Assembly (NCBI GenBank): GCA_964247055.1
Contig: OZ176055.1
Coordinates: 7,192,001-7,256,000 of the forward strand
DNA: 64,000 bases
Source of the DNA: Paragordius varius
Taxonomy: Eukaryota; Animalia; Nematomorpha
Reading direction: 5' to 3'
Positions 39,501-53,488 of this stretch are shown piece by piece. The notes below the pieces were generated by a model that saw nothing but the letters and a program-made list of their open reading frames with translations, was not told the origin of the DNA and ran no database searches. The position numbers were made by a program, and so were the translations under genes. Position 1 is the first letter of the stretch. Each line of letters starts with the position of its first letter.

Positions 39501-42500
39501 ATAAAAAAATATTTGGCTTTTTATGTTTTGTCTATCTAAAAAACAAAATGAAGTAAATGACTAAGCGAGACTTATATATAAAAATATTAATTTTCAAGGC
39601 ATAATGTTATCCCTTAGTTTTAATTATTCTAATCAAGGTTTAGACTAATCAGTTTAAAATTGTTAATGCATTAATGACTGAGATTTTCCTTTTTAAAATT
39701 AGAAATTAACATAATTTCTCAAATGATTAAAATCACTGTATTCATAAACAATCATACCTCTTAATTAACGGGTTGAAACGCAGCTCTACAAAATCATTTT
39801 TCAACAAATATTGTGGATTTGCAATAAAAACATTTTTATGCAAATATTAAACACGTTATGTTTTGAAATGAAATATTTTACATATATACATTGTTCGCAT
39901 AAGATAGGATTTGAAGGGAGGTAGATTAGGCAGTGTCGGAATGTACAATTGATTACAATTCATGTGTTCAAGGATCAACTCTTTCAATGGTTCAAAGCAC
40001 ACAATACCAAACTCATCTTGCATAAGCTATATAATGTATATAAAAGTGAAAATTTAAATTATATACAAAGACAAAACGCAAAATTTAAGATTTTTTGTTA
40101 ATAAACAATATTTTTGGATTCTTTCTTGCTTTTTTTTCTATATAATTTAAACAGATTCCAGCAAAATACTAATTATAATACAATATTACATATACTACTC
40201 CCTATTTCGCAACTCAAAACGATAGATTAGATTGTAAAATATCAAAATTATATAAAGGTATGGTTGTCTTTATTTATAAAAAAAATTCGTCTTTTAATTT
40301 TAAATTTTAATCTTTATATAACTTTTAATAAATTACATAAAATAATTTCAAATTGATTGGTTTAAAACCAAAGGTATCTAACCCTGAAATGTTTGTGCAG
40401 CTCGCAGAAAAAAATGTTTAATAAATATTAAGTTCCATGATTAGGGAAAAATACTGTTTATCAAATTTTGGCAATTAACTAGGAAAAATGGGTGAAATAA
40501 ATTGTTTTATCAAATATTATATTAATATTTTTTAAATTTTTTAAACGGTATTACGTTTAAAATCTAATATCGTATTAATTAATGTCCATATAGATAAACC
40601 ATTTATACATGAAAAATTATCAATAAAATAATTATATGTACATAAATGTAAATGTTTTCATTGCACATTTAATTTAATTTAGATATAAAATACCCTAAAA
40701 GCAGAATCAAAAGCACCAGCTATGATATGATCCACAATATAGGGTGATTGAATCCAAGTGAGCTCAGGTTTTCTTCCCATATGAGGCAGCATTATACATT
40801 CTCCGTCAGTTTCTTCAACACTTTCTCGATCTGATGTCTATATATGTAAATCTGTCTTAAAATTTTTTGAATTAAAACAATATAATAAATATTTATTTTA
40901 TTAAATAGTTAAATATCTATAGATTTTGGGAAATATATTATAAAAAATAAAAATTAAATTTGTTATAATTATCATTATAGGTGTTAGATAAAATGAATAA
41001 ATAATTATATATCTTTAGATTTTGGAAATATATTATAAAAAATAATTAAATTAAATTTATTAAAATCATTTGTTACACCTACATACTTTAACCTATTAAA
41101 AATTGTTTTTAGTTTTTTTGTTTCGTTCCGCATTTTAAGTCATAAAATAAATATTTGTCATAAAAATATTTCAAACCTCCTCTGTAGGTATTTCCAATTC
41201 TTCATCAACATCCCAAGCGCCCTCTTGGGCATTTGCGTCTTCATTTTCTTGACCTTCAAGTCTTTCCTCGTGTACAATTATACCATTGGCTGCCTGGTTA
41301 CTTGATGACAAAAAGAAAATAAAAATGTAAAAAAATTTGTTAATTACCGCATTACTAGAAACTGATTATAATTAATTAATCCCTAATTTTTATATAGCTT
41401 AGTTAGAGAAGGTTAATATACTATTATTGCAATTATAATTAAGCTAAAATTAAAAGATTTATTGGGTGAATTTTCGCTTACTACTAGTAATCTTTGTCAA
41501 ACGTAAAAAATTAAATTAAAATATAAACTAAAAATTAAAGTATAAAGTAAAAATATTTAATGGATTGTAAACATAGGTTTCCGCATTACCCTTAATTTAT
41601 CAACCCTAATTTAATAAACCATAAAAAATTAAGGATCGAAAAAAATGTTGATTTCTTATTTGATTGCGCTGCATTTTTAAAACATTGACTTTTGTTCGTT
41701 TATTCTATTGTGGCCTAGCCTTTGGGGTTTACTTTCCATATTTCATGCCTTAGCTTTATAAACTATTACTATACTTTTATATAGGGTTTCAATTTTGGTA
41801 AATTTAACAATATTTTAATCGGTATATTTACAAAATATTAATTATATTTATAAAAAAACACGTTTCCAATAAGCTTAATCACCTTTTAAAAAATATAATT
41901 AATTTTAACAAATAATGTATATGGTATGCGAACGCATTTGTTAGATCAAAATCTTCGTCTCCCCAAGTATCTCCAATCTCCATTTCATGATCCATTTTGG
42001 GTTCAAAAGTACCCAACAGTCCTCCAGGGTGCCCTTTTTGATGATCATCTGTTTTAAGTTTTAAATAAAATTTTATATTATCTAAATCAAAAGCTTGGTA
42101 AAATACATTATAAAAAATTAAAGGAGATGTGTTATAATAAGTAAATTTAGTATTATATAGCTATAGGCAACTTTAAAATAAAGGTTGGTCATTACAACAA
42201 AAGATTAATTAGATTTTTAAAGCCTTATAGTTAGTTACTCCTCTTACATGGTTAAAATTACAAATATAAATGTATACAATGAATGTATACAATGTACATC
42301 TTTTTACTTTATAAGTTTGGCTTTGATATATTTGGTAAAATTTTTTCAAATTTAATTTTATTATACAGCTTTTATGGGTGTTGCTTAATCATATTTAGCC
42401 TTTCGAATTAATTTTAGAATATGGCTAATTTTTTTATACACTTTTCTTTTTATTTACGGCCTTAAATTAAAAATTTAACAGTTTTATGTTTCTTTTTTTC

Positions 42501-45500
42501 ATATTTTGGGTTAGATGCATATTGAGGTATAACCTTAAACCTCTCATATTAAACAATCCAAATATATAAACTACCTAGAAGAGTAACTCTTTCAATATAT
42601 ACAATTGTGATAAAAAATGCGACCATAACTTTTCAGACTTTTCGCCTTATTTTCCAAAAAACTGCTTTAAAAAACTTGAACCTTATATTTTGTTTAAATT
42701 ATCTACCTTTTTTGGGTTTCAATTGTAGGAGTCTATCCAATCCCGTGGTAGAGTATTGTAAGAGAGGCCAATTTAACTCTCCCACACCAGTAGTGTAAAG
42801 AGGTCGACAAGGTTTAAGCTCTGGCTTTTGAGACAATAATACATTAGAAGCAATGTTATTGTCAACAATCTTTATATCCTCAATCTAATGAATGGATGGT
42901 ACAATAATAATTTTTACATAACAAACATATTTTTATATCTTGATTTCTTTAATATAACCCATGGTCGACAAATATTTAAAACAGATGATAATTACAATTA
43001 ATTTTAAGTTTCACGATTGTAATTTAATTAAGTTTTTAGTATGGCTGTCTTTTTTAAAAAAATATTTATATTTATAAAATTTAACTTTAAAATTTCAATC
43101 TTTACTATAATTCCATAAAACACAAATTAGTATTGATTAGTTTATTTTATACAAAATAATGAACGGTTTAGTCACTTTTTGTAAGGACCTAAATTGTATT
43201 ATGGTCCAAAATGCTCGCCTGGATACGGCTGACAAAGATGATAAAAAATAATGCATTTACGGTATAAATCAATAAAACAAAAAAACAATCACTATTTAAT
43301 ATTATATATTATTTACAGTACAAATTCACCCTTGAACAATTCAAATTCATCCTAAAATAAATTAGGTGTTTCTTAAAATAAAAAATTACCATTATTTTAT
43401 CGCATTTTTAAAATATCAAATTCTGTTTAAAAATAATATAATGCTAAAAAATAATAAACTATGTCGTAAAAATATATTTCTTATCAATGATGAGTTATAT
43501 TATCGCGAAAACACATAATAGATTTTAGAGTGAATTTAAATTGTTGGGGTGAATTCGAATGTGCGAATGGTATATTGTATATACAGTAGACTCACTACAC
43601 GCCTCTATAATAGTGTGATTTTAAAAATAAAATCTTCTGTAAAACAGAGCTAATCTTGATAATTATACATTTTCCCGATAAAAAATAGTAGTCCTTTTAA
43701 AAACAAAAAAAAATGAAATCTCAAAAATTTAAAGATATATGTATAAATATAATCTATATTTATGCAAAAAAACTGAATATTAATGGAAATCAAAAATTAA
43801 TTTTAATATATTTAAAAAAAAGGGTCATACTGCGGAATTTAATATGTATTATTAAAATTGGGCTCATTATGAATTCTAGCCCAGTCAAAAATACGATTTT
43901 GATAGGAAAAACCGGTTCTAGAATAGTTTTTAAAGTTAATTCTACATAAATAAAAATCCGGTTCCCGTTTTAATAATCTCAACTACTTATAAAAAATTCG
44001 GAAAAAAAACTAACATTAATATTTTTCTCGCGGAGACTGTTTTCAAGCTCGTCAAGCTCTTGAGTCATTCCATGCCGCTTGGCAAACACGTAAGCTAAAA
44101 TGGGTTGATTTCGGCCCTTTAGGATTTTTAGTTGTTCGGCTTTGTCGTCCAAGAACAGAGCACTCCTGAATTGATTACTAATATCTGATTTGTTTTCAGC
44201 TAAATAATTAACAAATAGAACATTTACAGTGGAATTAAACATAAAACAGGCAGGAGTGAAAGAATTTTTATAAAATTACCTAAATAAGCTTTAATAATTT
44301 ACAATTTGGTCATTTTTTTTTAAACTTTTAAATATTATTTGTATATTTTAGATCGACATAATTAGGTGGTTTGAAACCTAATCATATAATCTATATAGCA
44401 AAAAAATTTATTTCATATACTTGATCCCATAATAAAAATTAAAAATCTTTTGCCTTTAAAGTTAGTTTACTTTTCACGTTTTATGCCTCTAACATTCACC
44501 GTATAATATACAGAAAAATTTTCTAGACAAAATGTAAAAACTAAAAGACAAATATTTTTTCAAAAAAAACAACAACCATATTTCATAAACTTCTTAGAGT
44601 TTTATGATGCCCTCATTTCACATTTGTGATCATTTAGGTATGGGCTATATACAACAAAAATAAGGTTTAAAAAATATTTGTCTTTTAAATTTTCCGTTTT
44701 GTGTACATTCTGTATCATATAAAGTCCTTTAAGTTTTAACTAAAACATCGCAGGATATATATACCTATTTTAGCCATTTTAACAACTTTATCCATGTCAC
44801 CCGTTATGGCGTACAAGAAACCAAGTTTTGCAAATTCTTTGTTCCTTTGATAACAAATTTCAACGACCTTAAAGTCCCCATGATTAAGGGCCAATTGTCC
44901 CAATCGATTCCAATAATAATCTTTATCGAGTTTCCGAGCAGATTCTAGCGCGGCCTAAATTAAATTATATTTAATAAAAAGAATAACTATTTATCTCTAC
45001 AAAAAATTATAAATATTTTCTAAAGTTGCTATTTATAAAGTAAATACAGTAGAGTAGATACCCCCAACCCCCTTCATATATTATCAAATAATAAACTCAT
45101 GCTAATTCATAAACTTTTATTTTTAAATGAATTTCTAATATTGATTGTAAGTTCAAAATAACTCATGACAAGCTTGCTTTAAAAAACGCTCACCCCAATA
45201 TGTTAATCAATTGTCATTAATTACTAGATGTTCTAATGTAATTAATTATAATTCATTTCTAAACATTTTAATATTAATTAAATTTTATTTTTAATATATT
45301 TTATTATTTTTTGAAAAAAAATCATGTGTTTTTTTTCTCACAATCGGGAGAATTATGTAGGAGGGAAGGTGGTCCACTGTATAAAATTAGTTAAATTAAT
45401 ATAAAAAAATAATTGTGCGAAAATGCGTTTGTTTTACAGAAAAACTATTAATTATATTACTAAGCTATTCATTATTCAAGTTAAAAGGCAACCTATTTAG

Positions 45501-48500
45501 TAGTCTCACCAAATTTACATTAAAAAATCAAAAATCAAAAATTTTTTACAGTCTTTTTATTTCTCCATCATATGTAAATGATATAACATTTGGTTAAAAA
45601 TGAGATATATAGTTTATATGAACCCAAATGATAGAGTATATGTTCAAAAATGATTGCTATATTAGATTTAATCTTTTGTCTTAAATAATTTTTAATACAC
45701 AGTAAATTGTGAAATAAAAAAATGTTTAAAACCTCAATATTTCCACACTCAAGAGCAAGTCCAAATCGAATTTTATCATCCTTAACGAAATGGAGAGCTA
45801 TCTCAGGATATCCCTTTTGTCTCAAATACGACACAATGGATTGGCCAATTAGTTTAAGGTTTTGTACCATATAAATAATCTATGATGAAGGAAAAAATCA
45901 ATAAAGTTTTTTGACCGGTTAAAAATAACTGATCTAACTATATCGCTTGTAAAAGCAGTCATTTTAAATCAATTAATCACAAATTAAAAAACTAATATCA
46001 CAATAAACAATTACACAAATTTTGTAAGCTATTTGTTATAATAAAATTGAACAAAAGAAAACTAAATCATTTGTTAGACATAAAATAAAATTTAATATAT
46101 GATTTATTTATAATGTTCCGCATTATTCTACATAGAATTTAGGTTTTATACCATAATTTTGTATTTGTTTTAGCATTTTTTTTTCAAATGCTATTAGAAA
46201 CCCAATCTTATATAAAAAAAACTTTTTTAGCATAAATATCAAAATATTACCTCATTGTAATCCTTGTTTATGAGAGCAAGTTTAAACTTAAATTCTGTGG
46301 GATCAATGTTGAGGACGAGAGTTTTAGCTTCTCGATCCAAACAAAATATACGATTTTCTATCACATTCGTAATGTATAACTGGGTATCCAATGTTCGAAT
46401 TATCCCATGATCTCTGTAAAAAAACAGAAATTAACTTTTTTTGATTAATATTTTATAGTAATCATAAATAACTAAAAAAAGATATTAGCAACTATCAAAA
46501 ATTATGAAATTTAAAAGAATAACATAAAAAAAAGTTCTCGTTTAAAAATAATAATAGAAAAATCTAAATAACAAATATTATTTGGATCTATTTAATTTAA
46601 TCTTTAAAAATTTAATTGTAAATATAACTGAGTGTATCTTACAAATTTACTACTTAAATTTTAAAGTAATATTAAAATGTTAAGACTTAAAACATATGGT
46701 TGTGCTCTTAATAAAAAATATTAGTCTTTTACTTTTCAAGTGTCGCAATATGATTCGATAGAAATTCAATAATGTTATATAGATAATACCCATTAGGGAA
46801 AACGTATTTTATGTGATTGCTTGTATTGTAGATTAGGACACCGTTTTCATTGAAGGCTCCACTCTTAATTCTCACATTTTCATGAATCGTAGTTAGGAGT
46901 TCGAGTCTTTTGTTACAAATGCTCAAACCTTTAAAAAATTAGGTAGTTTTAAATACCTTTTTGACCCTTTAAAATTTTAAATATTTCAAGTAAAGTTTTA
47001 AAACTATACAATACAATTCTATATAATTTAAAAATATTTTAATATAAAATTGATTAAATGTATTTATATTATTGTTTTTGGGTAATTGCAAGGGCTACAA
47101 GCTATTTGCTAATTAGTATTAATAGGGAAGTAAAAGCATACCAGATTTATATGATTTTATATTTCAAAAACAAAGATCTTATTTATATTACAAAAAAGCG
47201 TGATATTCATGTGAAATAATTTATATTTAAAAAATTATTTATGGGTAATCCACTATACATAGATAGGGACTATAATTTAGAATCTAAAACTTACTGTGTT
47301 TGCTAAAGAAAGCCACACATGACATATCATTTGACCATATAACGTATTTAACTTTGGATAGTTTGACTGATGAAACACACCTTGATATAAATTATAAAAA
47401 TGTTCATAAATATATTGCTTATTGATGAAATTTTGTTAAATAGAATATGAAGTAAAGAACAATATTATTAGTTAATATATTGATTTTTCTTGCTTTAGCT
47501 CCAATAACAACTATCTTTAGTATAAATGCCATTTGAAAATAAAATACTACCAATATTTTACATTAAAATTTTGTAAATTATACGTAAAGGTAGAATAGAA
47601 AAAAAGTAACCTTTTCTGTTGAATGTCATACAGAGTTATCGATTCAGGATCCTTGAGTAAGATACAACCAATCAAAGGTCCCCCATATATATCATCAATG
47701 TTGGCCGGGATCGTGAGCTTTTTCACAATTTCGTTTTGCAAATTTTTGATAAGAATCTATAATTTATGTTAAATATATTGGAATGTATTAGATTGAAATG
47801 CCTCTCATATGTACAGTAAAAACAAAAAATGATCTAAAACATGATTTTATAACATAAAAAAGGGGGAATAAATGACCTTATATTAAGTATTCAGTTATTT
47901 CTGATACCCTTTTTTAAAATTTTGTACCAATTGTTTTTACTGATGCAGATTTTTATGGAAAACAAAAATAAATTTAGGAAGATTTACACAATGTGTCTTA
48001 TCTAAAACAGCAAATCGATTTCGGGCAACCCAAATAGCTCGAGAACCATAACCACGTTTGGATTCAGGATTTTGTTGACCATTTTCATCAACTTTTGATT
48101 TGCCTGTCACCGAAAATCCACAACAATAAAATTAAAATTATATTGTATATATAACGCGTAAAAACAAAACGAAAAATATTTTTTTATATAATGAAAACAA
48201 TATTTTTTAATTTTTTCTCGATTTTTTTCAAAAATTGGATGAGTTACCCATCACAACTCTAATAATTTTGCGACCCAAAATATTAGGTTAAATTTCAAGG
48301 TTTTTAAAAAGTATAGATGTTATAAAGAAATATATGGTTTTGATTTTAATTTCTACTGTATGATGTAAAATAAAATTTGGGATATAAACCTAAATTGAGA
48401 CAGAAAAAGAGACAATAGGTTAGAAAAATCAAGGGAGGTTTAAAAATTGCTGTTTACTGAATGATGGAGAAAAATTCGTAATATAAATATGAAAAAAATC

Positions 48501-51500
48501 TAAACCCAGAATGTATAAATCATAGATTGATTGTTCTGTGGAACTCCCTCGGCGGCAAATGAGATAAGCATTTTCGGACGGATTGTAGCTTATACTAAAC
48601 ACCTAAATACATAAATATACATATTTATTGTTTTCCACTCTATACATAAAAACGAGTCCATAGTCAACTAAAACATTAAATTCAATAAGAAAAACATAAG
48701 TATTTTAAAAATCAATTAAACATCTACTTAGTCTCAAATTGAACTTTTTCCCAATCAATTGTAATATTTTCCTAATTAAATATAATATTAATTACAGTCA
48801 ATCGCAACGATCCATTACAAATAATTGCAAAAAAACCATTTTTGAGAAAAGGGCCATTATGATAACACCGACATATCCATTATACAAACATTTAATATAC
48901 CAATTCTAGTAAATAGAAAAAGCGTGCAATATAAATAAAAACCTGATTCAAATTGTAGGAAGGTGTATGATGTCCAGTAATAGGGGCAGTTGAAGATTTA
49001 TTCGAAAGCGCCGCCGAAGCTGAATTAAGAAGCGATGATCCTGGTCCCTTAAGTTTGTAAAGCAAAACATCCGTTGCTGAACTGTAAGTCAGGGCTCGAC
49101 AAGTCTTATCCTTGGCATAAATAAGTGTGTCACCCAAACTAATGTAGGCTGGTCGTTCACGTTCAAGTTTAAATACCATGAAACCTGTATCATGACCTAC
49201 AAAGCAAAAAAAAATTAAAAAGTGATTCTAGATTGTGACCCTAATGGGTGTGTAATAATGAGACTTTTCCAAACCTTATAATGTCGTTAATAAACAACAA
49301 AGAATCATATTTTTGGAAAAAAATTAAATAAGATTAAAATGCACTTTCGTTGTGATTTTAAGGAAATGAAAAAGCGAAAAATATATGAACAAGCAGTGAC
49401 TTAATTATCAAGAAATTATTTAATATAGTTATAATAAGTGCTTAAGTTGATCAAAAAAACATCATAGACAATAGCAGGCAAGTTTTTAGATTTCCCTAAA
49501 CCGAAATAAAAAAAACAGTTTAAATTTAAACTTAAAATTATTACCTGCAGCAAAAATCTCCATATTTGGATGGCATGCCAGTGTCCAAAATCGTTCGGAA
49601 TCCTTTCGGAAGCTTTGAATAGTAGTTCGTTTGCCCATGTCCCAAACACGCACGCCTAAGAAATTAATTTTTATACTTTTGAAACAGCCTTTAAGTGAAT
49701 AATATTAGTTATTTTACCCATAATAATAAAAATAAAACAAAAAGAAATATATATAGTTTCACGATTAAACTCTAAAAACAGTAATAGTTCTTATATATAA
49801 TCGACTAGATTTATTAAAAACATATTTTAAGTCATATTCATAACTAAACTCTTTAAAATTGGAAAAACAAGAAATTAATCATTAACGCAGACGATATGTT
49901 AAAATTTTTCGTCATTAATACTATAGTATATTCCCTACTTGTTAGCAAGCACCTTCTTTTTTACATAACAATTAAATGTTCTTCTTTTATGGACAATAAT
50001 AATAAGTATATATACTTTTGTCCTCCGAATCTGACAAGATAAATTCTTTTTTGGGATGAAAGATGGTACAGGACACATTATTGTAATGACCGCGACACGT
50101 GTCAACCTCCCAAGCCTTGGTGTCATTCATGCGCCAAATTTTGACTTGGCGATCATCAGCGCCCGAAACTAGGAGCGGAAGTGTGGAATGGAAAGAAACC
50201 CAATTAACACCTCTATCGTGTCCCTGTGTAATATTTAAGGAAATCTTATAGTATTTTCCGCAAAATTAGATTATACATCGTAAAACTAATATAACGTTGA
50301 AACGGTATTAATATATTCTTTATATCAAGGGTATGCAACACAAATGGCTTCGCGAACCGCATTCTATGCTCAAAAATTCTGGCGAGCAACATTTGAAACA
50401 CACATGAGCATTAATAAATATTTTAACAAATCCCAAACATAAAACTGTTAAAAGCTAACACAATATAACAATTTCTTATAGTTCGTTGTCAATTGGATAG
50501 AGTAATTCGAAAAATTGTTTAATGATATTAATTTTACTAGGATTTTAAGAGCAATATTCGGAAAATATGGATCATATTTTTTGTGGGCCGCGTGTTGGCC
50601 ACCCCGGCTCTTTATATAAAAAAAATGTGGAATGGTTGCTTTGGAGAAAGGGATTATCTCCGAAGTATAAGTAATAAATAAAGCAGAGATAATTTAATTT
50701 GTGGTAATATTGTTAATAATTGATTGTGTTTTGTTTTATAAATAATTTAAAATTAACCAAATAATATAGGAATGTAAAAGTTTGCCTTATTTCAAATTAT
50801 TTATCTTGTTAAAGCTCTAACGTCCAATCAATTTTGTAATAGCATAATCTAAATTGAAACCGTTGTTACTTTAGGTTCATGTTTAAAATAGTTTGAAAAC
50901 CGTTCCCGACATATGATTTTGGCGGTTTTAAAATAATTTCAACCAATGGTTGCACCGTCAAATTTCGCTTAATATTTTATTATTCAATGTAAATAATAAC
51001 CGGAATATTAAATATAACTGAGAAAAAAATTTGTTTGTTACGTTCATCTAAAATTTTTATATCATTTTTTTAAATTTCGTCCAGCAGTAATGCTTCAAAC
51101 CCATATAATCCAATGATAAGGTAATTTATCGTACCTCCAAAACGTGTTTGACAATAACTTCCCCGGTTGCAAAAAGTTCTGCGGTGTTAGTATTCGATGG
51201 TGAATTGCTTGATAATCCCTTGGCTCCTGCACTAGAGTTTCCAAACGATTCAGGACCTGGCATGGCATTCTTTTTCCTTAGCCCTATAAATGAAAAAACC
51301 CAAATAAGTATGTCATTGCCTCCAATAAAAAATTAAAACTGCGATTCGGTCTAAAAAATGATTATTGAACAGGTTATTATTTTCTGCAACAAGTTGAGAA
51401 GAAAATGCAAATGGAAAGATTAATTATCCAAACATTCAATAATCAATGAAAGATTTTATCGGGCTAATTATTTCGTAGCCGCATCCGCCTCGAATATACA

Positions 51501-52398
51501 TTCTTAAGCACGAATTAAATTATGGTATTTTTAGGCATAGAAACTAGCATATAGCCATTTTATATATGACTGAGGACTTAATTTTGCAAGCAACCTATTT
51601 ACAGATAATGGTGCCAAATACAAAAAACGGCAAATCGCGATTAAATAAGCCTATTTTGGAAAAACAATAAAATAACACTTTAAATTAAATTTTAAAAAAC
51701 AATCCAAAACAAAAAAAGTCCACTACCGGATATATCCCAAATCCGAATCGTTTGGTCCAGAGATGCGGAAGCCATCAAGTCATCTGTCGGATGAAATTGA
51801 GCGCACATTACGTAATGATTATGACCAGTTACTATGCTATAAAATATTTTTTAAAGCAAAAAATTAAAATCAGTATTAAAAAATTAAGCTAGATGAACAA
51901 ACCTAATACAATTTCTAGATTGCCAATTCCATATGCGGATAGTTTGATCATCAGAGGCGCTAACGATCCAAGGATATTCATGATGGAAAAAAGTGGTTCT
52001 GATGTAATCCAAATGACCCAAAAGAGTAAACAAACATTTTTTCTGCTTAAAGTTCCATAACTATGGCAAAATTAATGGTTTAATCGTTCATAATATTTAA
52101 TAAAAAAAAAATAAATACTTTAATTTTATAATCATCACCACCAGATACAAAAATTGGTTGTTGTTGATGAAAAGCAATACCCCTCACAGGCCCTAGTTAT
52201 TTATATACAAAATAAATACCTTCATGTTCTTCGAACTTATCTATTTGAGAATTCATTCTGTAATCCCATAATTGAATTTGTCCGCTATGTAAGCTCGCCA
52301 ATATCCATGGCCTTTTATGGTGAAATGATAAGCCTTTTTATTTTTATTAAAACATTACCTTTGACTCTGGCACTTTTTGTATCAAGTTTAATTAACAT
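26184..52398 (-). CDS. COPA: Coatomer subunit alpha (alpha-COP), more than 25 exons
   Basis: [40 protein letters not shown] (52398-52220), [133 protein letters not shown], last exon [21 protein letters not shown] (stop at 26184). Order is collinear with human COPA. Confidence 0.97.
27050..27300 (-). pseudogene. 3' fragment of a LINE reverse transcriptase
   Basis: Minus-strand [11 protein letters not shown] and LQTIQEDL resemble the C-terminal RLRWAGHV.R / W...I..DL region of RTE/L2-type ORFs. Confidence 0.5.
29400..31919 (-). mobile_element. Old decayed RTE-like LINE (endonuclease + RT remnants) in the COPA intron
   Basis: [23 protein letters not shown] (APE domain), [52 protein letters not shown] in order, with many stops and frameshifts. 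Confidence 0.8.
32359..32834 (-). mobile_element. piggyBac-type MITE inserted in the left palindrome arm only
   Basis: Family sequence from acttcgattaaaattggg to gtatccaagcg|ttaa; the right arm is uninterrupted at the equivalent site (about 38270-38300). Confidence 0.75.
33190..33560 (+). pseudogene. 3' RTE LINE fragment in the left arm (mirror copy at about 36850-37130 and 37843-37880 on -)
   Basis: [32 protein letters not shown] resembles the C-terminus of the RTE ORF at 59502-60392 (ITWKDKIKN..YFGHIIR..GKVNGKR). Confidence 0.7.
33870..35335 (-). pseudogene. Chapaev3-like transposase, left copy, disrupted
   Basis: [99 protein letters not shown]. Lacks the GDYK-CxxC segment and has a duplicated exon piece near 34480-34560. 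Confidence 0.7.
35335..36510 (+). pseudogene. Chapaev3-like transposase, right copy, disrupted, 5'-truncated
   Basis: [103 protein letters not shown]; matches the family pattern WRLFIDSS..SLKAVLL, GDLKV, CFLCLWDSR, PPLHIKLGL. Confidence 0.75.
36516..36547. repeat. (TA)16 microsatellite
   Basis: Read directly; expanded only in the right arm. Confidence 0.95.
37139..37834. other. 696-bp insertion of unknown origin flanked by an 8-bp direct repeat
   Basis: ataagtcc at 37131-37138 and 37835-37842; interrupts the RTE fragment that is continuous in the left arm; no TIRs seen. Confidence 0.75.
50326..50607. mobile_element. hAT MITE family copy in a COPA intron
   Basis: caagggtatgcaacacaaatggcttcgcg ... 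gggccgcgtgttggccaccccg; reverse of 21305-21621. Confidence 0.65.
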
Positions 52399-53488
52399 TT
52401 TTGAAGGCACACGTGTGAATTATTTTACCAATTGAAAATAAACATGCGGTATTACGAATCTAGGATTACGAAAAACAACATCCTATTGTTTTTAGTATAT
52501 ATATAAAGTCAATCTTCCGTTAAAGAATTCAGTAGACACTATATTTTTTTTATAAAGTTCGAATACATTCCCTTATTTAATATTACACCCAAAAGTAGAA
52601 CATTACAAAACTTTTTTCCGTTTTGTATACACTGCGCTCAAAAAGGGGATGTTAAAAACATCCTAATAAAATCTGATAAAAAATGTATCAGGATTATCAG
52701 GACTCTGGTTTCGTTTCTTACAAATGATATATTATTAACACTTTTGTGGTAAATTATCCATTATAAAAAATGGCAAAATTTGAGCATATTTTGTTAAATA
52801 AAATTTTTTGGCAGGCAAATTCTTACAAAAATGTCACTATATATACAAATTCAAAAAATATAATTGAATATTTAAGATGTAGGCTGCGAAAATCCAAATT
52901 TGCGCCACTCTAAACTGCAGGGTTCTCTCAAACTTCATGACTTTTAAGGTAATTTGACGCCCCGTACTATTTAAAATTTAAATAAAAGGTATTTTTAGCA
53001 TTAGTTAAAACATATTCTTTCTTTAGCTTTGACACATGAAAAAAAAATTTTAAAAAAACCAAATCACTCATTTTTGTAAAATAGTTTGGAAAGTTATTTA
53101 AGTTAAAATTTAATTATCAATTATTGTTCTCATGTTCAAACAAGCTGGTTTTTTATATCATTTCTAGAGTCTAAAATTGGGACATCACCAAAACAAATTC
53201 GAAATTAGTTCACATATCAAATTTTTTCTGATAAAATGTCTGAAAGCCTTGTTAATTATTTACATTTTTTAACCATAATAGACACTTAGTGTTGCATTGA
53301 TTTAAAAAATGTAAAAAAAATGGCGTCGAAAAATTTCAGGTGAAGATTTTTACATTTTTTAAAAAAAATATATAATGCGCTTAATAGATTAAAGGTAGCA
53401 TATTAAATTCGGCTTAAACCTTGAATATTAAAAAAAATATATTAAATCGATGTATATAAAACTACCCCAAAAGGCAACGGCCTGTTAA

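Noticed and set aside
39962-39982. Match to the 21-nt heptad unit (gtgttcaaggatcaactc)
   Set aside because: It is the antisense of a COPA exon (KELILEHM); short and probably coincidental.
45047-45380. Possible Tc1/mariner MITE (ta|cagt...actg|ta)
   Set aside because: Termini match over only about 5 nt beyond TA; too weak to call.
49935-50020. Possible extra tiny intron and exon after SEDK in COPA
   Set aside because: The conserved continuation ([10 protein letters not shown]) is reached by a single intron from about 50021 to about 49655; the intervening sequence has no COPA similarity.
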